DNA of 64,000 bases from Clostridiales bacterium (lineage in GTDB: Bacteria > Bacillota > Clostridia > Oscillospirales > Acutalibacteraceae). Within the stretch, counting starts at the first letter, position 1, and each line of letters opens with the position of its first letter. The DNA is taken from positions 25,604-89,603 of the forward strand of contig DUNU01000022.1 of assembly GCA_012839185.1 (NCBI GenBank), in the 5' to 3' direction. This document shows positions 37,926 to 47,916 of the stretch, one piece after another. The position numbers and the translations under genes are program-made. The notes below the pieces were generated by a model. It ran no database searches. It was given only the letters and a program-made list of their open reading frames with translations, and was not told where the DNA came from.

Positions 37926-39737
37926 ATGAAAATTTGTGCTGAATGTAAATTTAACGTAGAATACGATCAATCTGTATGCCCTATTTGTGGCTGCGATCGT
38001 TTTGAAGAAACTGAAACGGAAGATATTGCAGAGGATAAAGTTGTTACTGAAACAACCGAAGAAGGAACAAGCTCTTTCGGTACACTTGTTGAAGAAGTTA
38101 AAAATCCCGCTCCTGCTCCCGTTGACGAGAATGAATTAAAGATAAAGAAAAAGAACAAGCAACTTACAGTTATTATCGCTGTATTGCTTGTTATTATCGC
38201 AGGTTTTGTCGGCATTATCGGTGCTGCATTCTATTCTTATTGGAGAGACCAAAATCCCAAGGTAGAAAAGACACCCGAATATGTACAGACAGCTCAGAAG
38301 AAAAAGAACTTCCCGATGCACAATTTCGGTGAAGTTGCCGGCAAAATCAATGAAACCGAAGTTTCTATGGACATGGTTGAGCTTTGCTATATTGATCAGC
38401 TCAATTCAATGACATATTTAAATTCCATGTACGAAAGCAATTACGGTGAGGGTTACGGTATGTTATTTACCGGCTTTGATCCCGATATCAATCCCGCTTT
38501 GCAGACAACAACAAACCAAGACGGAGATACGGTTTCTTTCGATGATTACTTTATGGATTGTGCCGAAAGCGAAATTGAGCGTGTTGTTTTCCTTTATAAT
38601 AAAGGTGTAGAGGCAGAATATGAATTAAGCGATGAACAGATAGAAAAAATCAACACTGCAGTCGATGCCGCAGTAAAGGGTACCGACGGATTTACTGTTT
38701 CCACCTATTCTTATCTGACCGAGGAAAAGGGTTACAGTGCAAAAGATGCAAAAGTTATTTTAGCTCAGTATTATTACCTTATTTATTTTGCTGATAATTA
38801 CACCGTTTTCGCTCAGGATGAACTTGATGCCCAAGTAAGCGATGATGAAATTGCTGCTTATATTTCTGAAAATGAGGAAGATTTCAAGGTTGCCGACATC
38901 TATATTCTTTCAAAAGATACCAATGATGTAGAAGATGTTGCAGAATATATCGCAGGTCTTAAGGAATCTGTAGTTGATTTAGAGAGCTTTAAGGCAGTTG
39001 CTGTTTCTGATTTTGATATTCCCACAGATGAAATTGAAGATAAGTGTTTGATGACAAGTGTTGCTCGTGAAGTTATTTCAGCTAATGTTGACGAAGAGGC
39101 AGCAGAGTGGATGTTCAGTGATGAGCGTAAGCCCGGCGACTGTTTCGTAGTCGATTTAACGACTTTTGGCGGTATCTATGTTTTCTGTATTTCTGAAAAA
39201 GCCTATCTTTCAAATGAGAAGCTTCCCTCAATCCGTCTTATCCCGATTTATGATGAGACAGGTGAACAGACTATTGAAGACATTAAGGCAAAGGCTGACG
39301 AATGTGTGGCGAACTTTAATGACGGAGACAAGACAGAGGACAGTTTTGTAAAATTGGTATCCGAATATTCAAGTGATCCTAATTTGGTTGAGGATGGCGG
39401 TCTTTTTGAGGCTATCGAAAGAAACAGCTTCATTAAATCAATAGAGACTTGGGCTTTTGACGAAAGCCGTCAGGCAGGCGATATTGATGTGTTGGAGCTT
39501 AATGCAAACGGTTATGTTGTAGCTTACTATGTAAAGCTGGGCAGATCTTCTGCAGAAAATGCTGCTGTTGAATCCCTTACCGCAGAAAAGAAAACTGCTT
39601 TGACTGAAGGCTGGGCAGAGGAATATAAAGATACATTTGAGTTTGAAAAAGAACTTCGCAAGAGCACTCAGACTGCACTTCTTGCCTATCTTGAAAAGAT
39701 AATGAAGTTTGGAGAAGAAGGCACAACCGCTGCATAA
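37926..39737 (+). CDS. Membrane protein: N-terminal zinc ribbon, single TM, extracytoplasmic PrsA/parvulin-like peptidyl-prolyl isomerase domain
   Basis: CAEC..x13..CPICG ribbon and TM LTVIIAVLLVIIAGFVGIIGAAFYSYW. The C-terminal segment SSDPNLVEDGGLFEAIERNSFIKSIETWAFDESRQAGDIDVLELNANGYVVAYYV resembles the parvulin core. Confidence 0.6.
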   Translation: MKICAECKFNVEYDQSVCPICGCDRFEETETEDIAEDKVVTETTEEGTSSFGTLVEEVKNPAPAPVDENELKIKKKNKQLTVIIAVLLVIIAGFVGIIGAAFYSYWRDQNPKVEKTPEYVQTAQKKKNFPMHNFGEVAGKINETEVSMDMVELCYIDQLNSMTYLNSMYESNYGEGYGMLFTGFDPDINPALQTTTNQDGDTVSFDDYFMDCAESEIERVVFLYNKGVEAEYELSDEQIEKINTAVDAAVKGTDGFTVSTYSYLTEEKGYSAKDAKVILAQYYYLIYFADNYTVFAQDELDAQVSDDEIAAYISENEEDFKVADIYILSKDTNDVEDVAEYIAGLKESVVDLESFKAVAVSDFDIPTDEIEDKCLMTSVAREVISANVDEEAAEWMFSDERKPGDCFVVDLTTFGGIYVFCISEKAYLSNEKLPSIRLIPIYDETGEQTIEDIKAKADECVANFNDGDKTEDSFVKLVSEYSSDPNLVEDGGLFEAIERNSFIKSIETWAFDESRQAGDIDVLELNANGYVVAYYVKLGRSSAENAAVESLTAEKKTALTEGWAEEYKDTFEFEKELRKSTQTALLAYLEKIMKFGEEGTTAA

Positions 39738-39758
39738 TTTAATATGGAGGTGGACGGA

Positions 39759-40442
39759 ATGAAAAACCGAATGATTGTTTTCATAACTTTGATTTTGTCT
39801 GTTCTCCTCCTGTTTTCTTCTTGCATACAGACGGGTTATGAAATTGACACGCTCAGAGCTACCGATATGATAACCGGTGAGGTTGTAAATATTAAAATTG
39901 AACCGGTGAAAGCAGATGTCGTTGATTATACGGGATTTACGGGCTTTTATTCTAACAAGTCGCTTGAAAAAATTGCCAAATCCCTTGACGGATTAACTAC
40001 CGAAGAAAAGGGCAAGGTTAAACTTTTCTCACTTGGAGCAAAACAGGCTGTATTTCTTGTTGAAACCTATGAGGGCAGAAAGATTTATTTTGCACTGACA
40101 AATATTGGTAAAAAGCAGTTTGTTTTTCATGATTGTGTCGCAAAGATTGATGACTTCATCGTTGCTTTTCCGTATTATGTGTTAAATGACGAGGAGGAAG
40201 TTTTCACATCTTTGGATAATATCGAAAACAGAAAGTTTGAAACTTTGTATTTCTGCGAGGACTTGCTTCGCTATTATCAGTCGCTTGGTGTTTATGCAAC
40301 GACAAGTGTTGACGAAAATGCTTTTGAACTTGTTGCCGTGACGAGTGAGAATAAGGATATAAAATCCGCCGTTCCGATTCGTGTTGAATTTTTTACCGAA
40401 GATAAGGGTACAAGATATTTTACAATAGAAAAGATTGACTAA
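39759..40442 (+). CDS. Lipoprotein of unknown function
   Basis: SD GGAGG 8 nt upstream and lipobox LFSSC. Confidence 0.6.
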   Translation: MKNRMIVFITLILSVLLLFSSCIQTGYEIDTLRATDMITGEVVNIKIEPVKADVVDYTGFTGFYSNKSLEKIAKSLDGLTTEEKGKVKLFSLGAKQAVFLVETYEGRKIYFALTNIGKKQFVFHDCVAKIDDFIVAFPYYVLNDEEEVFTSLDNIENRKFETLYFCEDLLRYYQSLGVYATTSVDENAFELVAVTSENKDIKSAVPIRVEFFTEDKGTRYFTIEKID

Positions 40443-40444
40443 TT

Positions 40445-41575
40445 ATGTTTGATGCTAATTTAACTTCACGCAGCTATGCAAAAATAGACCTTAATGCGAT
40501 TTGCCACAATTTTGACGAGCTTAAATCTCGATTAAGCCCGAATGTTCTGACAATGGCAATTGTTAAAGCGGATGCCTATTCTCACGGAGTGGTACAAGTT
40601 ACAAAAACCTTGTCTGATAAGGTGGATTATTTTGGTGTTGCGGTTGTTGAAGAAGCGATTGAGCTAAGAGAAAACGGCATAGATAAGCCGATTCTTATAT
40701 TGTCTCATACCTTACCGCATCAATATCCATTGCTTTTAGAATATGACATTGTTCAGACGGTTTCGTCTTATGAGAGTGCAAGACTTATTTCCGAAACAGC
40801 TCAAAAAGAGGGCAAGACGGCTAAAATTCATATTGCACTTGATACCGGAATGAACCGACTTGGCTTTGAGGCAACGGATGAAAGCGTTGAGCAAATAAGG
40901 GAAATTGCAAAATTGCCGAATGTGTATATCGAAGGGCTTTTCAGTCATTATGCCTGTGCAGATGCAAGCGACAAAACAGCGGCAAATGAGCAGACGGCGA
41001 AATTTAAAGAATTTATTGCAAAACTTGAGACTGTGGGAGTAAATATTCCGATAAAACACATATGCAATTCCGCCGGTATTATTGACCTTGATGAACATTT
41101 TGATATGGTGCGAATGGGTATTGCTTTATATGGAATGTATCCTTCCGAGACAGTTAACAAAGCTGCTGTAAATCTTGTTCCCGCAATGGAGATTGTTTCG
41201 CATATTGTTCATATTCATACAGTCCCGAAAGGTACTCCCGTCGGTTACGGGTATAGCTTTATAACCGAGAGAGAGACAAAAATCGCCACAATCGGTATTG
41301 GATATGCCGATGGATATTCAAGAAGTTTTTCCAATAAAGGATATGTTTTAATTAATGGTAACCGTGCAAATGTCATTGGCAGAGTATGTATGGACTTGTG
41401 TACGGTAGATGTAACTGATATTGATGATGCGGAAATAGGTTCTCATGTTATCATAATGGGAAAAAGCGGTAACGATGAGATTTCCGCTGAAATGCTTGGT
41501 GAGCTTTCCGGTAGTTTTAATTATGAAGTGATTTGCGGCTACAAAAAGAGGGTCGCAAGAGTGTATGTCGATTAG
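40445..41575 (+). CDS. alr: Alanine racemase
   Basis: PLP-lysine motif AIVKADAYSHG, plus GIALYG and the YGY..F region. Confidence 0.93.
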   Translation: MFDANLTSRSYAKIDLNAICHNFDELKSRLSPNVLTMAIVKADAYSHGVVQVTKTLSDKVDYFGVAVVEEAIELRENGIDKPILILSHTLPHQYPLLLEYDIVQTVSSYESARLISETAQKEGKTAKIHIALDTGMNRLGFEATDESVEQIREIAKLPNVYIEGLFSHYACADASDKTAANEQTAKFKEFIAKLETVGVNIPIKHICNSAGIIDLDEHFDMVRMGIALYGMYPSETVNKAAVNLVPAMEIVSHIVHIHTVPKGTPVGYGYSFITERETKIATIGIGYADGYSRSFSNKGYVLINGNRANVIGRVCMDLCTVDVTDIDDAEIGSHVIIMGKSGNDEISAEMLGELSGSFNYEVICGYKKRVARVYVD

Positions 41576-41579
41576 AGTC

Positions 41580-43001
41580 ATGAGAAGATTTTTAACCATA
41601 GTTGTTGCGTTATCAATGCTTGTCGGGGTATTACCTGCATCCAATGCAGCAGGGGTATTTCAGGAATATCTCGTTGAAAATGAAAACGGTGTTCCGATTT
41701 ATTTTTCGGACAATACCGATTCTGTGATTATGACTTATGCTCCGAAAGGTACAATTTTGGGTGCTACTGCTGCAAATTTAGAGTTTATCAAAACAAGTTA
41801 TGACGGATATATCGGTTGGGCATTGATTGAAGATTTGACGAAATTGGACAATTCAAATGACGTAGGAGAAATTTCAGGAATTGAGATTACGCAATTGCCC
41901 GACAAGACGGAATACTACGAAGATGAAATGCTGGAAACTGCCGGTATGGTTGTGTCCGCCAAATATAAAAACGGCTTATTAAAGGAGATTAAAGGATATA
42001 CCGTTCTTGCTCCGCCGATGAATACAAGCGGGTATTCTACCGTAACAGTATTGTATAAAGGTTTCGAAACAAGTTTTGATGTTTGGGTAGCTGTTCTTCC
42101 CATCGAAAAGATAGAAGTTACAAAACTACCCTCCAAATTATCATACAAGCAAGGCTCACCGCTTGATTTTTCAGATATGGAAGTTACTGCAACCTTGACC
42201 GACAAGACTACTCGCAAGGTTACAAACTATAAGATTATGAATTATGATCCCGATTTGGTCGGAGTTCAACAGGTGCGGATTGTCTATAAAACAGTATATT
42301 GCAATCTTCCTGTCGAGGTTATTAAGCGAGAATTAGTCGGTGTTCGGCTCGATGTAGCCCCGCGAATTAAGACATATTACGGCACAAATTTTTCGATTGA
42401 TTTAAGCGGTCTTAAACTCATGGCTTTATATGATAACGGCGATGAGGAGAAAGTATTTCCTGATTCGGCAGTATGCAAACATGCAATCACCGTCGGTACA
42501 AACACGGTTATTTTGAGTTACGGCGGATTTACCGTACAGTATGACATCGAAGTCGAGCAGCGTATGCCGAAAGGTCTTTCTGTTTCTCCTCCTGCAAAAC
42601 TCAGTTACGAGGTTGGTGAGGAAGTAGATTATTCGGGACTTATCGTATATCTTGATTTTAATGACGGCTCAAAAACACCGATTGATGATTATAATATTAT
42701 TACTGAGTTTGATAATACGAAAATAGGCACGCAAAATATTACGGTTGAATACGAAGGTATGACTGCATATTTTACATTGACCGTCCAGAATATTTTTCCG
42801 TACGGAGATGCCAACGGTGACGGCAAAGTTAATGTAAATGATGCAAGATTGGTTCTTCGGTTTGCATTGGGTTTGGAAAGTTGGAGCAAAGGTATCGATT
42901 ATTGTGATGTTAACGGTGATTTTGATGTTACGATTATGGATGCACGACTTATTTTGCAACGAGCATTGGGACTTATTCCGGCATTCCCGATTGAACGATA
43001 G
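41580..43001 (+). CDS. Secreted dockerin-containing protein with an SH3b-like domain and four Ig-like (Big_3-type) repeats
   Basis: Signal FLTIVVALSMLVGVLPASNA. Four repeats of the form L/P.K..Y..G...D.SG(L/M).V.A.Y.(N/D)G. C-terminal type I dockerin duplication GDANGDGKVNVNDARLVLRFALGL / CDVNGDFDVTIMDARLILQRALGL. Confidence 0.8.
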   Translation: MRRFLTIVVALSMLVGVLPASNAAGVFQEYLVENENGVPIYFSDNTDSVIMTYAPKGTILGATAANLEFIKTSYDGYIGWALIEDLTKLDNSNDVGEISGIEITQLPDKTEYYEDEMLETAGMVVSAKYKNGLLKEIKGYTVLAPPMNTSGYSTVTVLYKGFETSFDVWVAVLPIEKIEVTKLPSKLSYKQGSPLDFSDMEVTATLTDKTTRKVTNYKIMNYDPDLVGVQQVRIVYKTVYCNLPVEVIKRELVGVRLDVAPRIKTYYGTNFSIDLSGLKLMALYDNGDEEKVFPDSAVCKHAITVGTNTVILSYGGFTVQYDIEVEQRMPKGLSVSPPAKLSYEVGEEVDYSGLIVYLDFNDGSKTPIDDYNIITEFDNTKIGTQNITVEYEGMTAYFTLTVQNIFPYGDANGDGKVNVNDARLVLRFALGLESWSKGIDYCDVNGDFDVTIMDARLILQRALGLIPAFPIER

Positions 43002-43008
43002 GTGAATT

Positions 43009-44205
43009 ATGAGTGAAACAGAGAGACTTATAAATATTAAACCGAGCGACATTCAACTTGAATATAGTGATTTCGGGTATTATTCATTCGTTCACTACGG
43101 AATGAATACTTTTACCGGTGTTGAATGGGGCAGCGGCAAGGAAGAACCCTCCATGTTTAATCCTGAAATTGTCGATACAGACCAGTGGGTGCGTGTCCTG
43201 AAAGACAGCGGAAGCAAGGCTGTCATTTTTACGGCCAAACATCATGACGGTTTTTGTCTTTTCCAGACAAAATATACTGAACACTCAATAAAAAACAGCC
43301 CTTATCGAGACGGTAAGGGTGATATTGTCCAACAACTTGCGGAGAGTTGCAAAAAATATGATATGAAGATGGGAATATATTTATCTCCGTGGGACAGGCA
43401 CGACAGTCGTTACGGTTTTGATGAATATAACGACTATTTCTGCAATCAACTTGTTGAACTTTGCACAAATTACGGTGATATATGGATGTTCTGGTTTGAC
43501 GGTGCAAAGGGTGATGATGCTCCCGCTTTTACTTATGATTTTGAACGCTATTATTCTACCATTCGCAAGTATCAGCCAAAATGTATTATAGCAAACTGCG
43601 GTCCGGATGTACGCTGGATAGGCAATGAAGCGGGGAAAGAGAGAGTTTCCGAATGGAGTGTTGTCCCCGTCGATCCGCCGAGAACAGAGAGTGATTTGGG
43701 TAGCCGTGAATATTTAGCAGATAAGAAAGATTTGTGCTGGTATCCCGCTGAGGCTGATGTATCAATTCATCACGGCTGGTTTTATCATAAGAGCAATAAA
43801 AGTCGAACGGCAAAGCAACTTGCGGATATATATTTCAAGACGGTCGGCGGAAACGCATCTTTGCTTATGAATGTTCCGCCGTCAAAAGCGGGAATTATCG
43901 AGCCTCGTGACGTAAAAACTTTGGAGAAGTTCAAAGAACTAATCGACAAGCCTTTCAAAACGCCCGTTGAGAAAAACAGCGAAAATTTAGTAAAAACAGT
44001 TGTTATTCGTGAGGATTTGAGGTTTAGTCAGCGGGTTGAGAAATTTAAGATATATGCGGATAAAAAATGCGTGTACAGCGGTACAACCATCGGCTCAAAG
44101 AAGATAGCATTCCTCAAAAAAGCAGTACCCGCCAACCAAATTGAACTTAGAATTCTTGAATGCAGGGAAGAGGCTCATATTCGGGATATTGAATATTTCG
44201 CTTAA
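43009..44205 (+). CDS. Alpha-L-fucosidase (GH29), no signal peptide
   Basis: Motifs AKHHDGFCLFQTKYT, LSPWDR and WFDGA. Confidence 0.85.
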   Translation: MSETERLINIKPSDIQLEYSDFGYYSFVHYGMNTFTGVEWGSGKEEPSMFNPEIVDTDQWVRVLKDSGSKAVIFTAKHHDGFCLFQTKYTEHSIKNSPYRDGKGDIVQQLAESCKKYDMKMGIYLSPWDRHDSRYGFDEYNDYFCNQLVELCTNYGDIWMFWFDGAKGDDAPAFTYDFERYYSTIRKYQPKCIIANCGPDVRWIGNEAGKERVSEWSVVPVDPPRTESDLGSREYLADKKDLCWYPAEADVSIHHGWFYHKSNKSRTAKQLADIYFKTVGGNASLLMNVPPSKAGIIEPRDVKTLEKFKELIDKPFKTPVEKNSENLVKTVVIREDLRFSQRVEKFKIYADKKCVYSGTTIGSKKIAFLKKAVPANQIELRILECREEAHIRDIEYFA

Positions 44206-44212
44206 TAAAAAA

Positions 44213-44234
44213 GGACGGTCATTATAAACCGTCC
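44213..44234. terminator. Hairpin terminator between convergent transcription units
   Basis: GGACGGT-cattataa-ACCGTCC, a 7-bp stem. The T-run is present only on the minus-strand reading (preceding A6 on +). Confidence 0.5.
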
Positions 44235-44441
44235 TGTAAGTGATATTTATTTAGGCATAACGATCAAGTAAATTTTTATATTCGCCGCTGAATAAATAAT
44301 TGTTTCTGTTCTTGTTTTCACATTCCTTTATTTATCAACAAATTGATTGCCGCACACCGATAAGGCATGCTGAGAATGAAGTTAACTTTGTATCTGGATT
44401 TGGAATGGTATTCTTAAAAGATTTAATTTTTTAGACTTTCG

Positions 44442-45965
44442 CTATGAAAGTTCTTTTTTGTTTCTTTTCAGAAATTTTTCTAAGATTAAATCTATTGCAA
44501 ATTTCGCAATTTTCGGCTCGGCAAGTGATGCAATTCCGAAGAATAATAAGAGAGTAATAATTGTATACGGAACACACCAAAGTATGATTTTGAAATATGA
44601 CGTAAGGTCAAGTTTGATGAAAGAGCTGATAAATGCAATAAGAAAGAAAGTAGCAACATTTATTAGCCAGCGTTTGTATGTAATAAGTGGTGAGCGGTGG
44701 AGAACTCTTTTGTTGGCAAAAATTATCATATCATTCGTGCGGTAGAATAAAGCAGCAATAGTTCCGAAAAGCACGCCATAGATACCGAAGAAATAAACGC
44801 AAACTATTGAAACAACAATATTTATTACCGATTCGAGAATTGAACGCCATTGAGTTGATTTGAAATTTCCGCTGATGCTTATCGCCAAACCGGGTGCGGA
44901 ACGACCTGTTGACAGCATATATATGGCAATAAACAACCACGGCAAAGCCTTATCTATATATTCAATATCGGTAATGCCTTCGGTATAGAGTGCAATAAAC
45001 GGCAGTATAAAGTGATGAGCAACGGTGTAGAGTGCGAAAACAAAAGCGGTATAATATATCTCATAGCAGTCATAGAACAACATAAACCGCTCTTTATTTT
45101 TATGAAATGTCTGACCGAGTTTGAAAGAAAGGCTTGAAGAAACCGTTCCCAACACTGTAAGAATCATGCTGTAAAGCATGGTGTACATTGAATATACGCT
45201 GACAACTTTCAGACCGCAGAAAATGGAGAGTACGATATTATCGGTATTGTTGAATACAAGTTCTCCGATTTTATGGACAAAAACATTCTTGCTCTGTGAG
45301 ATGGATTTGAAATCGGGCTCTACGGATATATCCACCCATTTAAGATGTTTTCTGACATACCAGAGCATATAAATTGCCTGAACAATGGTCATGCACATCG
45401 GTATGGCCTGAACGGAAATAATATCAAATCCGAGCATTAAAAGAACGATTCTCGAGATATTTTTGAGCATATTTGTCGCCATGTATAAAGCGGTTTGAAT
45501 ATAGTTTTTTCCTTGAGCCTGAAGAAGAAGGAAGTATTTTGCCGTAAAGGAATAGTTGATTACACTACCCGCACCATTGAGAATGATAATCAAAACGACA
45601 GTCATTGTGGGGATTGTCGTTTTGACTACAAGCGGATAGACAATTGAGAAAATCGCAATGGCAAGAATATAAAATATTCCGGTGCGTTTATATTGTTTGT
45701 CGGTGGCGGCAAGAATACGATTTGTAGCATGTTTATCTTTATTTGCAACGGTTTTGTATAGAGCCTGCAGAGTAGCAGTACCGATACCCGCTTCAAGCAG
45801 TGCGACATATGAATATATCTGTGATACTGAATTTACAAGTCCGTTAATCTCCGAGCCGAAACTCTTTAATGTTAATCGCGGAATAACGAAACCTAAAAGA
45901 ATGGTTAATGCTTCTGCGGCAAAACCAAAGATAATATTGTAACTAATCTTCTTTGTATCTTTCAT
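44442..45965 (-). CDS. wzx: Oligosaccharide flippase (Wzx, MOP superfamily polysaccharide biosynthesis protein)
   Basis: About 12-14 TM helices. The start at ATG 45965 (MKDTKKISYNIIFGF) forms an ATGA overlap with the upstream GT2 stop. The track ORF extends to 46094. Confidence 0.8.
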   Translation of the reverse strand: MKDTKKISYNIIFGFAAEALTILLGFVIPRLTLKSFGSEINGLVNSVSQIYSYVALLEAGIGTATLQALYKTVANKDKHATNRILAATDKQYKRTGIFYILAIAIFSIVYPLVVKTTIPTMTVVLIIILNGAGSVINYSFTAKYFLLLQAQGKNYIQTALYMATNMLKNISRIVLLMLGFDIISVQAIPMCMTIVQAIYMLWYVRKHLKWVDISVEPDFKSISQSKNVFVHKIGELVFNNTDNIVLSIFCGLKVVSVYSMYTMLYSMILTVLGTVSSSLSFKLGQTFHKNKERFMLFYDCYEIYYTAFVFALYTVAHHFILPFIALYTEGITDIEYIDKALPWLFIAIYMLSTGRSAPGLAISISGNFKSTQWRSILESVINIVVSIVCVYFFGIYGVLFGTIAALFYRTNDMIIFANKRVLHRSPLITYKRWLINVATFFLIAFISSFIKLDLTSYFKIILWCVPYTIITLLLFFGIASLAEPKIAKFAIDLILEKFLKRNKKELS

Positions 45966-46900
45966 CTTATCACTTTCAAAATCAGTTTGCGAACGGTGAA
46001 ATATAATTTGATAATAAAAAATTTTCTCTTTACAAGTTGTCTGAAAACAAAGAATTTCTTGCATTCTCCGCCTGTGATTTCGTTGATTACACAATCAGGA
46101 ATTTGATTGAGAATATCCTCGCAGGCGGTCGGGATATCGCTTATTTTTTTTGAATTCAGATAGGAGAAAATTAAATTCAAAATATTTTTTATCGGTACAG
46201 ATAAATCGATATCTATGTCTCGTGCCACTAACATTATTTTTACTTGATTTTTGATAAAATCAAGCAGAGGAAAGGTCTTGCGTTTTGGCTCAAAGAGGTA
46301 GAAATAATCGTGTTCGTTGATAATTTTGATCTTATTCGTTTTGCTGTATGCAGAGAGAGCAAAATCAAAATCTTCCTGAACGGTCATATTCTCATTAAAA
46401 CGAACATCATCAAGAATACCAAGTCGATACATTTTATTTGTAGCGAAGCCGTAAGCTCCGTTAGTTTGATTTGCGACATTTTGCATATGGATATTTGACG
46501 AAGTATCAGGCAATATAATTTCTCTTGTGCCGTCTTTCAGTATTTTTGTTATTCCGCCGATAACAATATCCGCATCTGTTGATTTAGCCGTATCAATATA
46601 AGATTTAATATAATTTTCACCGATATAATCATCACCGTCGATAAACATAATATATTCGCCTGTTGCATGATTTATACCGACATTTCGGGTATATGAAACA
46701 CCGTGATTTTCGTGCGAAAAGACTTGTATTCGATTATCTTTTTTTGCATATTCATTCAGTATATTTAGCGAATTATCTTTTGAGCCGTCGTTTACAACAA
46801 TAATTTCAAGATTAAAATAAACTTGACCGATAATGCTGTCTAAACATACGGACAAATCATTTTCTGCGTTATAAACGGGAATAATAATACTGACTTTCAT
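45962..46900 (-). CDS. Glycosyltransferase family 2
   Basis: VSIIIPVYNAE...VVNDGSKDNS...IDGDD. Confidence 0.88.
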   Translation of the reverse strand: MKVSIIIPVYNAENDLSVCLDSIIGQVYFNLEIIVVNDGSKDNSLNILNEYAKKDNRIQVFSHENHGVSYTRNVGINHATGEYIMFIDGDDYIGENYIKSYIDTAKSTDADIVIGGITKILKDGTREIILPDTSSNIHMQNVANQTNGAYGFATNKMYRLGILDDVRFNENMTVQEDFDFALSAYSKTNKIKIINEHDYFYLFEPKRKTFPLLDFIKNQVKIMLVARDIDIDLSVPIKNILNLIFSYLNSKKISDIPTACEDILNQIPDCVINEITGGECKKFFVFRQLVKRKFFIIKLYFTVRKLILKVIR

Positions 46901-47913
46901 ATTATTGCCAATAATTTGCTCATCTTGAATTTGATTAAATAGAGCATTGCTTTAAGTTTCAGAGATACATCCGCTTTATCAATATGCTTCATAGCATCAA
47001 CCGTGACGGGATCGGTGCAAATTTTTCTGATAAAGCTCTCACGCTCTTTGACGTTTTCTATATGATGTCTGTCTGCAAGTGCACTTAATACCAAGAACAT
47101 TTTAAGCAGTGCAAGTTGTTTCTCATAATCAATATCGGTACAGTCTGAGAAATCTCTCTCAAAATATTCTATTATTTTTTTTGAAACATCAAATCTGTCC
47201 GGCTTGAAAGATTTGGTAATTGAAGCCGAATTGAAGAAATAGTGATAGAAATTCGGACCGTCAAGGTAGTAGAATGAATTTGCACGATAGACGACATTCG
47301 CACTGAATATCATATCCTCACCGTAACGAACATTGTCATAAAACCAAAGATTATTTCGTTTCAGAAAATCGTGATTATAGAATGAACGGCAAGCGGACAC
47401 AATCGCTCCTTGCGTAATTTTATCTGTTGCAATAAGACGAGGGAATATTTCCTTTTCAATTCTTGCACGGTCATAATATCCGGGAGCGACTTTTCTCGCT
47501 TTGCCGTCATTATAAGCCGTACCGTCCGGAATATCTTTACGCCCCGCATACATCGGCCAGTATCTGACAAAATCGCAGTTATGTTCTATAATCAGGTCGT
47601 AGAGAGCCTGTATGCTGTGCAAATCAAGCCAATCGTCACTGTCAAGGAAAAAGATAAAATTGCCGTTTGCTTCACTCAGACCTGCATTTCTTGCGGAAGA
47701 AAGACCACCGTTTTGTTTGTGAACGACTTTGATGCGAGAATCCTGCTTCGCATATTCATCGCACATTTCGGGGCATCTGTCGGGAGATCCGTCGTTTACT
47801 AAAATTATTTCGATATTTTTATGCGTTTGATTTATAACGCTTTGAACACAGCGGTCTAAAAATTCTTCGACCTTATATACCGGAATAATTACGGATACAT
47901 CAATATCAGCCAT
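46897..47913 (-). CDS. Glycosyltransferase family 2
   Basis: VSVIIPVYKVEEFL..LVNDGSPD..LDSDDW. Confidence 0.88.
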   Translation of the reverse strand: MADIDVSVIIPVYKVEEFLDRCVQSVINQTHKNIEIILVNDGSPDRCPEMCDEYAKQDSRIKVVHKQNGGLSSARNAGLSEANGNFIFFLDSDDWLDLHSIQALYDLIIEHNCDFVRYWPMYAGRKDIPDGTAYNDGKARKVAPGYYDRARIEKEIFPRLIATDKITQGAIVSACRSFYNHDFLKRNNLWFYDNVRYGEDMIFSANVVYRANSFYYLDGPNFYHYFFNSASITKSFKPDRFDVSKKIIEYFERDFSDCTDIDYEKQLALLKMFLVLSALADRHHIENVKERESFIRKICTDPVTVDAMKHIDKADVSLKLKAMLYLIKFKMSKLLAII

Positions 47914-47916
47914 ATC

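Noticed and set aside
44240-44441. About 200 nt of non-coding DNA downstream of wzx containing a 16-codon ORF (ATG at about 44368)
   Set aside because: The ORF has no usable SD spacing and no similarity to anything I recognise. The region is probably just a 3' UTR or spacer before the terminator at 44213..44234.
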